Assembly (NCBI GenBank): GCA_963844715.1 | Contig: CAWJPJ010000006.1 | Span: forward strand, 64,001 to 128,000 | Direction: 5' to 3' | DNA from: an uncultured Phycisphaerales bacterium | GTDB lineage: Bacteria; Planctomycetota; Phycisphaerae; Tepidisphaerales; Tepidisphaeraceae | DNA: 64,000 bases | Shown here: piece by piece, positions 54,192 through 64,000 of the stretch | Position numbering within the stretch: the stretch's first letter is position 1 | Layout: each line of letters opens with the position of its first letter | Made by a program: the position numbers and the translations under genes | The notes under the pieces: model-generated | Told to the model about the DNA's origin: nothing | Database searches by the model: none | What the model saw: the letters and a program-made list of their open reading frames with translations, nothing else

Positions 54192-56135
54192 ATGCCTCGA
54201 TCGAACCTACTTCATCGTGCCAAAGTCGCGACTCTGGGGGGTGCTGCATTGCGAAGCAATCGAGGGTTGCCGGTTGCAGCATCTATAGTGGTGCTATTGA
54301 GTATGGCGATTCCCGCGCATGCGTTGGTAATCAATCCGACCTTTGACAGTTCGTTGACAAGCCTCGCAAACGCGGCGCAGTGGGAATCTGCAATCAACTA
54401 TGCGGACGGGCAAATTGCCTCGCTTTTCACCAACCCGATTACCATTAACATTACGTTCAAGGCGGATTCGAGCACGGACGTCAATGGACATAATGACTTC
54501 AACGGTCAATCGGTTGGCAGTTATGCCACGGTGAAGACCATCCTGGCCGCTCACGCCACGTCGGCGGATGACGCAACATCGGTTGCCAATCTTCCGATTT
54601 CAGATCCGACGGGCGGCGGGAACTTTATATTTGCGGATGCTCAAGCGAAGGCTTTGGGCGTTCGTAGCGCCAATAACTCAAGCACGGATGGCACCATCAC
54701 CTTTGGTGACGAGTATCCCTATACATTCGACCCCAACAATCGGGCGGTCAGCGGTTCCTTCGATTTGATCGGCATCGCGGAACATGAGATCACGGAGGTC
54801 ATGGGTCGAGTGGGCGACGCAAACATCTCCGGCGGCAATTTCGGAGTCCTTGACTTGTTCGGATACCAATTCGGCCCAGGCGGCACGGGTATCGGAGTCC
54901 TTAACGTTGCCCAGAATCAGGATAACAATTATTTCTGCATAGACGGCGGTGTTACACCCCTGAAGCTGTACAACAACCACTCCGACGGCGGGGACGATAA
55001 AGATTCGGCGCCCGGAACCGACGACTCGTTCGATTCAAACATTTCATCCGGCGCCGCCTACTTAGAGCCTCTAACAAAAATGCGAATGAAGCCTGTTCCA
55101 ACAGATCATTGCCTCACCCACGGTCATGAACGCGGCGTGGATGTCGGGCCGTTTTTCGTAACGGACTCGCAGTCGGCGATTCTGATGCAACCAACTCAGC
55201 GTACGCTCCACCGGCCAGCGGGTTTTGCCAAGACCACTTCCGTGCGGGCGGTTGCGTCGGGCCAGCAACGGGCGGCTGCCACGCTGACGCAACGCCTTTC
55301 GGTGCGGTTCGGAGTGATACGCCCGGTCTCCCTGCACCACCTCGAACCGCCAGCGCGGCCGGCCCGGTTTGCCCGAGACCTTTGGAATCGCATCGATCAG
55401 CGGCAGCAGTTGCGTGATGTCGTGGCGGTTGGCCGCCGTCAGGAGGGCAACCATCGGCGTGCCGTTGCCATCGGTCAATACATGGTGCTTGGAACCGTTT
55501 TTCCTGCGATCTACCGGGCTCGGACCCGTTTTTTTCCCCCGTGCACGGCCCGCACGGAAGCAGAATCCACCAAGGCCCGCGACCAGTCGATGGCATTCGA
55601 CCGCCGCAATCGATTCAGCAATAGTCCGTGCAGCTTCGTCCAAACCCCACGATGGTTCCAATCGCGCAGTCGACGCCAGCAACTCATGCCGCTGCCGCAT
55701 CCCATCTCCTGGGGAAGGTATTCCCACGGAATGCCGGTTTTGAGCACGAACAGAATACCCGACAACGCCGCGCGATCGTCCAGCGGCGGCCGGCCGCGCT
55801 TTCCTGGACCACTGCGGTGCTTGGGAAGCAGGGGTCGGATCAACTCCCAAAGCTCGTCGGTCACCAACGGCTTGGTCATAAAGCCCTCCATGGCTAAGAC
55901 CAAGCCGTATTGTCCGATCAACCATAAACATGGGGAAGTGCATTTTTGTTAGAGGCTCTTAATGTCTCCGGTGGACATCCGCGAGATGGACGTGATCGGC
56001 TACGACTTGGCGGTTCCTGAGCCGTCTTCATTCGTCCTGCTGACGATGGGTATGGGGTTGCTAGTGAGACGAAGCCGCCGTGGAGCGCGTAGGCCACTTC
56101 GGCCTCGTTCCCTCGACGCTGCGGTGCGCCGTTGA
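54192..56135 (+). pseudogene. NF038122-like metalloprotease with a PEP-CTERM sorting signal, interrupted by an IS
   Basis: AHA-LVINPTFD, AEHEITEVMGR. Removing the IS gives AAYLMSPVDIREMDVIGYDLAVPEPSSFVLLTMGMGLLVRRSRR. Confidence 0.85.
55065..55958 (-). mobile_element. IS5-family element (IS402/IS427-like), 894 bp
   Basis: 19-bp IR GAGCCTCTAACAAAAATGC; TTA target duplication; two transposase ORFs joined at the slippery run GGGGGAAAAAAAC; VDSAS, GDRAY, RWPVER. Confidence 0.95.
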
Positions 56136-56274
56136 CGCCGGCCCACAATGCTCGTTCTTCCGTGGGTTCCCTTACGAGGAGGGGCCGGGGCGATGTAATC
56201 GTTTGTATCGCGGTGGTTTATCGATTTTATTATTTCGCTCTGAAATGCGCGTGGCGTGTCGATAAAATAGGTAG

Positions 56275-56291
56275 TTGCAACTGAGTCTCAA
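56275..56291. promoter_or_regulatory. Iron-box-like imperfect palindrome TTGCAACTGAGTCTCAA overlapping the promoter
   Basis: Dyad about 40 bp upstream of an FTR1 iron permease; overlaps TTGCAA-N17-TAATTT. Confidence 0.6.
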
Positions 56292-56330
56292 TTGCGTTAA
56301 TTTGGTTTCCGGCGGGCATGATGCCCCTTA

Positions 56331-57461
56331 TTGTCGGAGACTTTGATGAGTTTGGATGGTCAGGCCGTTGGTGGTTCGAGCATTTCGCTGCCTCAGAGTG
56401 GGTCTGGGCGGCGGGGGAGTGCGCAGGGGCGGTGGATTCGGCAGGCGGGGATCATTGCCAGCGCGATGCTGATCCTGGCGATCTTTGTCTGGCAGGCGTT
56501 TACCTCGGCGGGGAATCCTGATCCGACTATTTCGGGGATTAGTCGGACGGCAGCCGTGCTGGATACGGGGATTTTGGTTTTTCGGGAGGGGTTGGAAGCG
56601 ATTCTGGTTCTGGCGGCGCTGACGGCTAGTTTGGTGCGGACGGATGAAGGGTATTGGGAGCCGGTGGCGCTGGGGGCGGGGATTTCGTTTTTGGCGACCG
56701 TGGCGACTTGGTTCATCGTGGTCGCGCTGATTTCGGATATCAATGCTCCGGCGCTGGATATTCAAGCTGGGACGGGATTGCTGGCAGTGGTCGTGCTGCT
56801 GGTGATCATGAACTGGTTCTTCCACAAGATTTACTGGACGGGTTGGATCACGCATCACAATCGGCGTAAGCGGGCGCTGACGGAGCAGCCGGGGCAGACT
56901 CGGGCGAAGGTGTTTCGGGGGCTAGCGGTGATTGGGTTCACTTCGGTTTACCGCGAGGGGTTTGAGGTTGTGCTGTTTTTGCAGTCGATTCGATTGAAGG
57001 TCGGATCGCATCTGGTTCTTGAAGGCGTGGTGGTGGGGCTGGCGCTGACGGCGATCGTGGCGATGCTGACTTTTGTTGCGCATTACAAGTTGCCTTACAA
57101 GAGAATGCTGGTGCTGACGGGGATCATGATCGGCGTGGTGCTGCTGGTCATGGTTGGGGAGCAAGTGCAGGAGATGCAGCAGGCGAACTGGATCGGGACG
57201 CATACGCTGAATATCAACATGCCGGATTGGCTGAATACCTGGTTCTCGATTTATCCGACCGTGGAGAGCCTGGGGGCGCAGGGGGCGGCGGCGCTGTTTG
57301 TGATCGGGTCATATTATCTGGCGCGGCGGGTTTGCGGGAAGGTGAAGAGCGGGAAAGTGGGGGAAGAGATCTGCGTGGTGCAGGATTGCGAGAATTGTCC
57401 GGTGGGGCAGACGGATGGGCAGGGGGCGGGGGCGGGGTCTTCGGGGCATATCAATCGTTGA
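56331..57461 (+). CDS. FTR1/EfeU-family high-affinity iron permease
   Basis: Two RExxE motifs (FREGLEA, YREGFEV) and multiple TM helices. Confidence 0.92.
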   Translation: MSETLMSLDGQAVGGSSISLPQSGSGRRGSAQGRWIRQAGIIASAMLILAIFVWQAFTSAGNPDPTISGISRTAAVLDTGILVFREGLEAILVLAALTASLVRTDEGYWEPVALGAGISFLATVATWFIVVALISDINAPALDIQAGTGLLAVVVLLVIMNWFFHKIYWTGWITHHNRRKRALTEQPGQTRAKVFRGLAVIGFTSVYREGFEVVLFLQSIRLKVGSHLVLEGVVVGLALTAIVAMLTFVAHYKLPYKRMLVLTGIMIGVVLLVMVGEQVQEMQQANWIGTHTLNINMPDWLNTWFSIYPTVESLGAQGAAALFVIGSYYLARRVCGKVKSGKVGEEICVVQDCENCPVGQTDGQGAGAGSSGHINR

Positions 57462-57544
57462 AATTTAATTTGGCGGGCGCAGTTGGGTTTGCGTTCTTTG
57501 CGTTGGGGGGGCCTTCGCTTTTCGGGGGGTGTCGGGGGAAATGC

Positions 57545-57600
57545 GATTAAGATTAAGATTATGATTAAGAAGAGGAGTAGGAGCAGGATTAAGAGTAGGA
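57545..57600. repeat. Degenerate hexamer tandem array (GATTAA/GAGTAG)
   Basis: GATTAA GATTAA GATTAT GATTAA GAAGAG GAGTAG GAGCAG GATTAA GAGTAG. Confidence 0.7.
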
Positions 57601-57663
57601 CGGGGGGACTTGGGATTTAGAGGGGACGGGGGATGCGCAAGGGGTTGGGGAATCTTAGGTTAA

Positions 57664-57736
57664 TACCCCCTAGGGGAGTCGAACCCCTGTCCTCTGGCTG
57701 AGAACCAGATGTCCTAGGCCACTAGACGAAGGGGGC
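57664..57736 (-). tRNA. tRNA-Glu (anticodon CTC), CCA not encoded
   Basis: GCCCCCT/AGGGGGT acceptor stem, TCTGG-TTCTCAG-CCAGA anticodon arm, AGGGG-TTCGACT-CCCCT T arm. Confidence 0.97.
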
Positions 57737-57868
57737 CACAAGAACTTTGCGGATGGTACGGGTGGGGGAGTAGTAGTTCAAGCTTGCGGCGATTCGAAAT
57801 GCTGCGCGGCGCCGCCGCGGGCGTTTTTTTGCGCCGAGGGTCGCTCGACAGCAGTGTGCGGCGCGGCG

Positions 57869-58870
57869 TTATCGCGGTTTGCGGGCGGTGGCTGTGAGTT
57901 GGTTTCCTTTTTGTCTTAGGCGGCTCTGAATGGCGGCGAGGTGCAGGGCGGGTTTCAGGCGGAGCCAGGGGTCCCATTTTTCTTTTCGCGGCGGGTGAGC
58001 TGTTTGACGCTTTTGGCTAGCCAGCTTGTGCGGGTGGACTGGCGGACGTCGATGGAGCGGAAGCCGGCGGATTCCAGGAGATTGCGCAGGGATTGTTGGG
58101 TGAAATGGATGAGGTGTCGCGGGAGTTCTAGGGTGAGGGAGGCGTCGCCGAAGTATTGGATTTCCCAGCTGTCGAAATTGGGGACGGCGATGAGGAACAT
58201 GCCGCCGGGGCGGAGGAGATCGAGGGCTGCGGTGACGATTTCCTTGGGGTTGGGGACGTGCTCGAGTGCCTGGCGCATGGTGATGACGTCGAAGGATTGG
58301 GGTTTGAGGTCGGGATGGGGGAGTGAGCCGAGGTGGACGGGGATGCCGTCGGCTTTGACGGCGTCGACGGCTTGTTGGCTGAAGTCAATGCCGGTGCAGT
58401 TCCAGCCTACGGCTTTCATGCGTCTTAGGAAGGTTCCGTTTCCGCAGCCGAAGTCCAGGAGTTTTCCGGTGCCCTGGTAGGGGACGCCGAAGCCGAATTG
58501 CCTCGAGGGGCTGGACGAGCATGACGACTTTTGCGACGGCGCGGCGCCAGCCGGTGGGTTTGTTGGCCGGGGCGCCGTAGGCGAGGGAGAGGACCCAGGT
58601 GCGGAGGGAAGTAGAGGCGGCCGAGGAGCGTTTGATTTCGCCGCGTTGTTTGGCGTAGGGGGCGTATTCGGTGGGGTAGTAGGAGCCGAGGTGGTCCTTG
58701 TCTGGGCGGGGGTTGGTGAAATTCAGGCCGCATTGCTCGCAGCGGACGATTTGGATGGTTTGGTCGTTGTGGAGGATCCAGTCGCGGCCGGTGAGGGAAG
58801 GCTTATAGCGAGCGGACCCGCAGGCGGGGCAGTTGACGAGTTCGAATCCTTCCGGGATGGGTTGGTCCAT
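57869..58870 (-). CDS. Class I SAM-dependent methyltransferase with an N-terminal zinc ribbon (frameshifted)
   Basis: CPACG...CEQCGLNFTNPRP; LLDFGCG in a shifted frame; FDVITMRQALEHV, AVPN, PRHL. Confidence 0.85.
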
Positions 58871-58985
58871 TGGGGTTGGGGAGTTTAACGGGTGCGCGGG
58901 TGGGGGCAAAAACCCCACGGCAGCGCGCGGTTCGACTGGGCTCACCGAAGTCCGCGGGCGTTAAGGGGATGGGCGAGGGAGAGGT

Positions 58986-59012
58986 TCAGGGAAGTTTGTG
59001 TTGTGTCGATAA
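58986..59012 (+). promoter_or_regulatory. Possible sigma-28 (FliA)-like promoter TCAG-N15-GTCGATAA
   Basis: Near-consensus -10 element with canonical spacing, just upstream of the GT87 gene. Confidence 0.35.
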
Positions 59013-59019
59013 AGTTTGA

Positions 59020-60372
59020 ATGGGAACGAGTGAGTGTTCATGTCTCGTGGATCGAATTGTGACGTACCGGCGGGTGCGGGGGATTTCGTTGATCATCGCG
59101 ATCGTGGCGGTGGGGATGCTGGTGCTTGCGTTTGCGACTTCCAAGGGTGGGCGGACGCGGGTGGGGACGGTGGTGGCGGCGGATTTTCCGCAGTTTTATG
59201 TGGCGGCGGGAATTCTGTCTGATCCGGGGCCGGGGAGGCTTTACGATTTGGCGCTGCAATCGCATCGGCAGGTCGTGCTTTTTCCGGGGGAAGATAGGGC
59301 GCTGCCTTATGCGTATCCGCCGATTGTGGCGTATCTGTTTCGACCGTTTACTTATTTTTCTTATACGACGGCGGCGGGAATCTTTGTCGCTTACGTGGCG
59401 ATGTTTTATACGATTGGGGTGATGGCGCTTTTTTGGCGTGCACGAATATTCCTGTGCGCGGGAGGTGGCTGGGGGGTTTGGTTTGTGTGGCGTTTGAGCC
59501 GTTTGCGATTGAGTGTTTGCATGGGGGTCAGGTTTCGACGTTTGCGTTTGCTTGTGTGAGTCTGGCGATTTTGTTTGACAAGCGGGGGAGGGAGATCGCG
59601 AGCGGGGTTTGTCTGGGGCTGCTGGCTTATAAGCCGACGTTGCTGGTGATTTTGCTGCCGGCGTTGGTGGTGGGAAAAAGATGGAGGATGGTGGTGGGAT
59701 GTTTGGGGACGATTGCGGCGGGAGCGCGCTGAGCCTGGCGGTGGCGGGGCCGGTGGCTTGCGGACAATTTGTGAGGATGGCGGGGACGTATGGGGGCGCG
59801 GTGGCGGGGAATGACGGGTTTCGGACCTGGAAATACGTGGATTTGTCGGCATTTTTGCGGCTGTTGCACGTGCCGGGGGAGGTCGCGTTTGTTCTGCCGG
59901 TGCTGGGAATCGTGGCGGCGTGGGCGTGGCTGGGGCGGCGATTTGATTGGGCCACCGCGATCGCGGCGACGCTGGTGCTGAATCTTTATGTGGCGGTTTA
60001 TGATTCGGTTTTGATCGGGGCGGCGTTTTGGGCGGCGGCGGATTCGATTTATGCGCGAGAGAGGAATTGTCCGCGGGGTTCAAGAGGTTGGCGGCGGCGG
60101 TGTTTTTGGCGCCTTGGGTTTCGCCGGCGCTGGCGGTGACGATGGGGTTTCAGGTTTATACGGTGGCGCTGGGGGCGGCGGTGGTTTGGTTCGCGGGCGC
60201 ATGGCGCGAAATTAAATCCACTGATCTCGAATCAGCTTCAGTTGCAGCCCAGTCTTCATCACTGAACCAGTCGGGGCGGCGGTCGCCCATTCCCACGAGA
60301 TCGCCGAAGAAGATTTCGGCTTCGCTTTCGAGGGTCTCGCGGATCGATCCCATTTGCAGGCGGGTGGCATAG
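59020..60372 (+). CDS. GT87/DUF2029 membrane glycosyltransferase (three frameshifts; 3' end uncertain)
   Basis: ADFPQFY, LYD, YAYPP, GQ, LAYKP, YD motifs and many TM helices. Confidence 0.8.
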
Positions 60373-60671
60373 AGATCGTCCTCGGTGCTGGCGAGGCGAA
60401 GGGCCTCGCGGCCGGCGTATTGGCGGACAAGATCGGCCAGCTCGCGGTAGAAGACCCAGACGGGTTCGTCGGGGACGGGCGGCGGGACGCAATGGCGATT
60501 CAGGGCGTGCTGAAAATAGCGAAGTTTGGAATTCCAATCGAGATGGGGATCGAGGCCGAGGGTGATGTACTGGCCGACCTTGGCGGCTTCGTGGGCGAAG
60601 GGATTTCCGGCGGCGTCGGCTTCGCGGACGAGCTTGGAATACTCGGACTCGGGAAGCCCGATGGTCGGCAT
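60212..60671 (-). CDS. Hypothetical protein
   Basis: About 150-aa helical ORF (KLRYFQHALNRHC), frameshift near the 3' end. Confidence 0.65.
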
Positions 60672-60854
60672 CGACGGAAATACGTGGCGCTGCTGAAGCA
60701 TCCCGGCTACCTCGCCAAGGGACGTTCGCCTGCACACCCGGTCTGAGCAGCCCTATTCCGCAATGCTAATTTACCTTTCGGAGGCAAGCGGTTACAAGAG
60801 CAATGTGCGGAATTCGCGTAGTTTTCGCCCCTATTTTCGGACCGGCGGGTGCTC

Positions 60855-62546
60855 ATGAGTGAAACCCTTGGCGCATTATGTATCGTCCTGCACGGGCATC
60901 TGCCTTACGTTCTGAACCATGGAAAAACGCCGCACGGGGAGGCCTGGCTGTACGAGGCGGCGGCGGAGACGTATTTGCCGATCCTGGACATGATCGGGCA
61001 GGCGGCCCTGTATAAGGCGCGGCCGGCGATCACCATCGGGTTGACGCCGATATTGCTGGAACAACTGGCGCACGACCGGTTCCGGGTTGGGCTAGTGGAA
61101 TATCTTCTGGAGCGCGCGGGGCGGGCGAAGCAGGATCGGGAGGAATTCGAGCGGAACAATCAGCCGCACTTGGCGCATCTGGCGTCGAAGTGGGAGGAGT
61201 GGTATCACGCGCGGCTGGATCATTTCAAACGGATCGACGGGGACATTGTGGGCGAGTTTGCGCGGCGCGCGACCGAGGGGCATATTCAGATCCTCACGAG
61301 TTGCGCGACGCACGTGTATCTGCCGCTGGTTTTGCAGGATCAGACGATCCGGGCGCAACTGGCGGCGGGAATGGCGACAAGCCGGCGGCGGCTGGGGTTT
61401 GCGCCGCGGGGATGTGGCTGCCGGAGTGCGCATATCGGCCCGAGTGGGATCATTGGGTGCCGTCGGTTTTGTATGGCGATGCGCGGAAGCGCCAGGGGCT
61501 GGAGAAGTTTATTGGGGACGCGGGGGTGACGCATTTTTTTGTGGATACGCATTTGATCACCGGGGCGCAGCCGCTGGGGACGCTGGACGGGGGGCATTTC
61601 AACGCGGTGGTCGAGGAGCAGTTGCATTGGGATACGAAGCGCGGCTGGCGGGACGTGCTGGAGCCGGTGGGGGTGCAGAGTTATCCGGAGATGCCGCGGG
61701 TGTTTGCACTGGGTCGGCATCCGCGCGTGAGCGAGCAGGTTTGGAGCGGGTCGATCGGATATCCGGGGTCGGGGACTTATCTTGAGTTTCACAAAAAGCA
61801 CGGGGAGCGCGGGCTGAGATACTGGAAAGTGACGGACAACAAGGCGGGGCTTGGCGACAAGGATATGTATTATCCCGATGATGTGGCGGGGAAGGTTTTT
61901 GAACACGCCCATCACTTCTGCTCCGTGGTGCGAGAAGTGCTTGCGGAATATCACGGCCGCACCGGACGCAAAGGCGTCTGCGTGGCCCCATTCGACGCGG
62001 AATTGTTCGGCCACTGGTGGTTCGAGGGGCCGCAGTTTCTCCGCGATGTCATCCTCACCCTTTCGAACGCTCCGGACATCGAATTATTGACGGCGGAAGA
62101 AGCGCTGACAGCGGCATCCGCCGGATAAAGTCGTGCGGATGCCGGAGGGGTCGTGGGGGGAGAAGGGAAATCACAGCGTCTGGATGAACGACCGGACCAG
62201 GTGGATGTGGGAAATCGAGTACCGGGCGGAAGAGCGGATGGTGAAGATGGTGAGGGAACTACCGTGGCAGACGAGTGAGGCGGTCGCGGAACATTTGGCG
62301 CGGGCCGGGAGGGAGTTGCTGTTGCTACAAGCGAGCGATTGGCCGTTCGTGGTGCACTCTTACGGGGCGGTGGATTACGGGATTCAAAGATTCTCGGGGC
62401 ATGCGACGCAGTTTCATCGGGCCGTCGACATGGCGGAAGATGCGGCCAAGGGGAAGGAGCTGAGCGAGGTTCAGAAAGTCGAGATTGCGGATATGGATTT
62501 GCATGACGGGGTGTTTGGGGAGATTGAGCTTGGTTGGTGGCAATAG
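60855..62546 (+). CDS. GH57 1,4-alpha-glucan branching enzyme (DUF1957; frameshifted)
   Basis: HGHLPYV, WLYEAAAETY, GMWLPECAY, YLEFHKK, FDAELFGHWWFEG, QASDWPF. Confidence 0.92.
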
Positions 62547-62550
62547 GGGA

Positions 62551-62612
62551 AATTCGAAACCAGAAATCCGAATGGCGAATCAAATCCGAATGACCGAATG
62601 GCCGAATGGCAA
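62551..62612. repeat. Single arm of heptamer family B
   Basis: TTCGAAACCAGAAATCCGAATGGCGAATCAAATCCGAATGACCGAATG. Confidence 0.65.
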
Positions 62613-62617
62613 ATCGA

Positions 62618-64000
62618 CTATTTCTGCGCACAAAAGGTTTGCCACATATGCCGGTAGGCTTTTTCGACGTCGCGAGCAAAGGCCGGGGCATCCATTAGGG
62701 GGCTGGCTTGCATTCTTGGGCGGAGGGTTTGGCGGAGTTGAGCCAGGCGCTGGGGATTGGCGGATAAATCTTTGGCAATCTGCACGTAGTGGTCTGGGGT
62801 TTCGGCGATTAATTCTGGGAGGCCGACGTTGTTCAGGATGCTGGAGCCGGCGCGGCCTGTGGGGAGTTGGCCTTTTAGGGTGATGACGGGGACGCCCATC
62901 CAGAGGGCGTCGCAGGTGGTGGCGCCGCCGCCGAAGGGGAAGGGGTCTAGGGCGATATCGACTTTGTGGTAGGAGGCGAAATAGAGACGCATGGGGACGT
63001 TGGCGTTGAAGGCCAGGCGATTGGGGTCGATGCCTTGGGTTGCGAAGCGGGAGCGAATTGCGTCGCGGTGGGGGCCGTCGCCGGTGAAGACGAAGAGGCG
63101 GGAATTGGGGACGGCGGCGAGGATGTTGGCCCAGGTGTTCCAGACGGAGGGGGTGACTTTGCAGTAGTTATTGAAGCTGCCGAAGGTGATTTGGCCGGAT
63201 TGTTGAGAGGGAGGGGGACGGAACTCGGGCATGATGTCGAGGGGCTCGAAAGTCCAATAGGTTTTGGGGAGGCGGTAGGTTTTTTCGGAGTAGCCGGATT
63301 CGTCGGCGCCGGGGGGATCGAAATAGGGGTCGCTCAGGCGCCAGTCCATGGTCGAGAGGCCGCTGCTGCCGCAGTAGCCGAGATAGGTGACCTGGACGGG
63401 CGCCGGCTTTTGGGCGAAGACAAGGAGGCGGTGGCGCTCGGTGTGGAGAGTGAGATCGACAAGGATGTCGATCTGGTCGTTGCGGATAAGATCGGCGACG
63501 GTCGAGTGGGGCATCCCCTCGATGTGATGCCAAACGTCACAGGATTTGCGGAGGCGTTCGGTCATGGCGTCGGGTTTTTTGATGTCGCTAAAGCAATGGA
63601 TCTGGAATCGGCGGCGGTCGTGATGAGCGAGAAGCGGCGCCATAAATCTGCCAACGGGGTGGCCGCGGAAATCGGGCGAGACGTAGCCGATTCTCAGGGG
63701 GCGGTCGGGGGAGCGATCGTTGGTGAGCGGACGGATGAAGTTTCGCTGGGGCTCGGCGTAGTTTTTATTCCAGGCGCGGAGTTCGGCGGCGATTTGATCG
63801 GGGGTGCAATCGTCGCGGTAGTGCATGGTGAGGATGAGATTGCTGTGGGCGTAGCCGTCGCGACCGTTGGCGGCGACGCTGCGGCGGAAAAGATCGCAGG
63901 CCTCGGGGGCCTCGCCTACGAGCCATTTGACGATGCCGAGATTGAGGAGGGCATCGGCGTAATTGGGACGAAGGGCGACGGCTTTTTCGTAGGCGACGAT
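62618..64000 (-). CDS. SPINDLY/OGT-like TPR O-glycosyltransferase (GT41; 5'-partial)
   Basis: TPR remnants, HSNL, LRIGYVSPDFRGHPV, PAPVQVTYLGY, FGSFNN, DIALDPFP, LWMGVPV. Confidence 0.93.
   Translation of the reverse strand: MVAYEKAVALRPNYADALLNLGIVKWLVGEAPEACDLFRRSVAANGRDGYAHSNLILTMHYRDDCTPDQIAAELRAWNKNYAEPQRNFIRPLTNDRSPDRPLRIGYVSPDFRGHPVGRFMAPLLAHHDRRRFQIHCFSDIKKPDAMTERLRKSCDVWHHIEGMPHSTVADLIRNDQIDILVDLTLHTERHRLLVFAQKPAPVQVTYLGYCGSSGLSTMDWRLSDPYFDPPGADESGYSEKTYRLPKTYWTFEPLDIMPEFRPPPSQQSGQITFGSFNNYCKVTPSVWNTWANILAAVPNSRLFVFTGDGPHRDAIRSRFATQGIDPNRLAFNANVPMRLYFASYHKVDIALDPFPFGGGATTCDALWMGVPVITLKGQLPTGRAGSSILNNVGLPELIAETPDHYVQIAKDLSANPQRLAQLRQTLRPRMQASPLMDAPAFARDVEKAYRHMWQTFCAQK

Noticed and set aside
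50500..57736. Genomic island integrated at tRNA-Glu
   Set aside because: No integrase and no duplicate of the tRNA 3' end found by eye

Overview
High-GC bacterial chromosome segment. It is probably Planctomycetota, class Phycisphaerae (Tepidisphaerales-like); this is an inference from the ECF sigma/Ser-Thr kinase pair, the CxxCGYDLRASPxxCPECG membrane protein, a PEP-CTERM protein and heptamer-based intergenic palindromes. Most of the window is housekeeping: mbfA, dprA, aroB, dat, ubiD-family, trpD, galK, tmk, holB, mutY, folK, dapL, pilT, hemW, argD, moaC, ald, pyrR-pyrB-pyrC and tRNA-Glu(CTC). More than 20 genes carry single-base frameshifts, which look like long-read indel errors rather than pseudogenes. 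Accessory content: (1) an AT-richer, decayed defence islet at about 10.8-15.3 kb, holding a Pycsar-type membrane effector, the 3' remnant of its class III cyclase and a co-oriented soluble Ser/Thr kinase, hit by two copies of an 887-bp IS5-family element; (2) a third copy of that IS at 29 kb; (3) an ECF sigma/kinase module divergent from a PEP-CTERM metalloprotease that is cut by a second IS5-family element; (4) a small toxin/antitoxin-like relic at 8.1-8.9 kb. The most unusual cross-window signal is a recurrent [A/S/T]-[T/S]-[Q/R/A/E]-P tag at the termini of nearly all exported proteins, a candidate glycosylation or sorting sequon. Family assignments come from recognised motifs only; no database searches were run.
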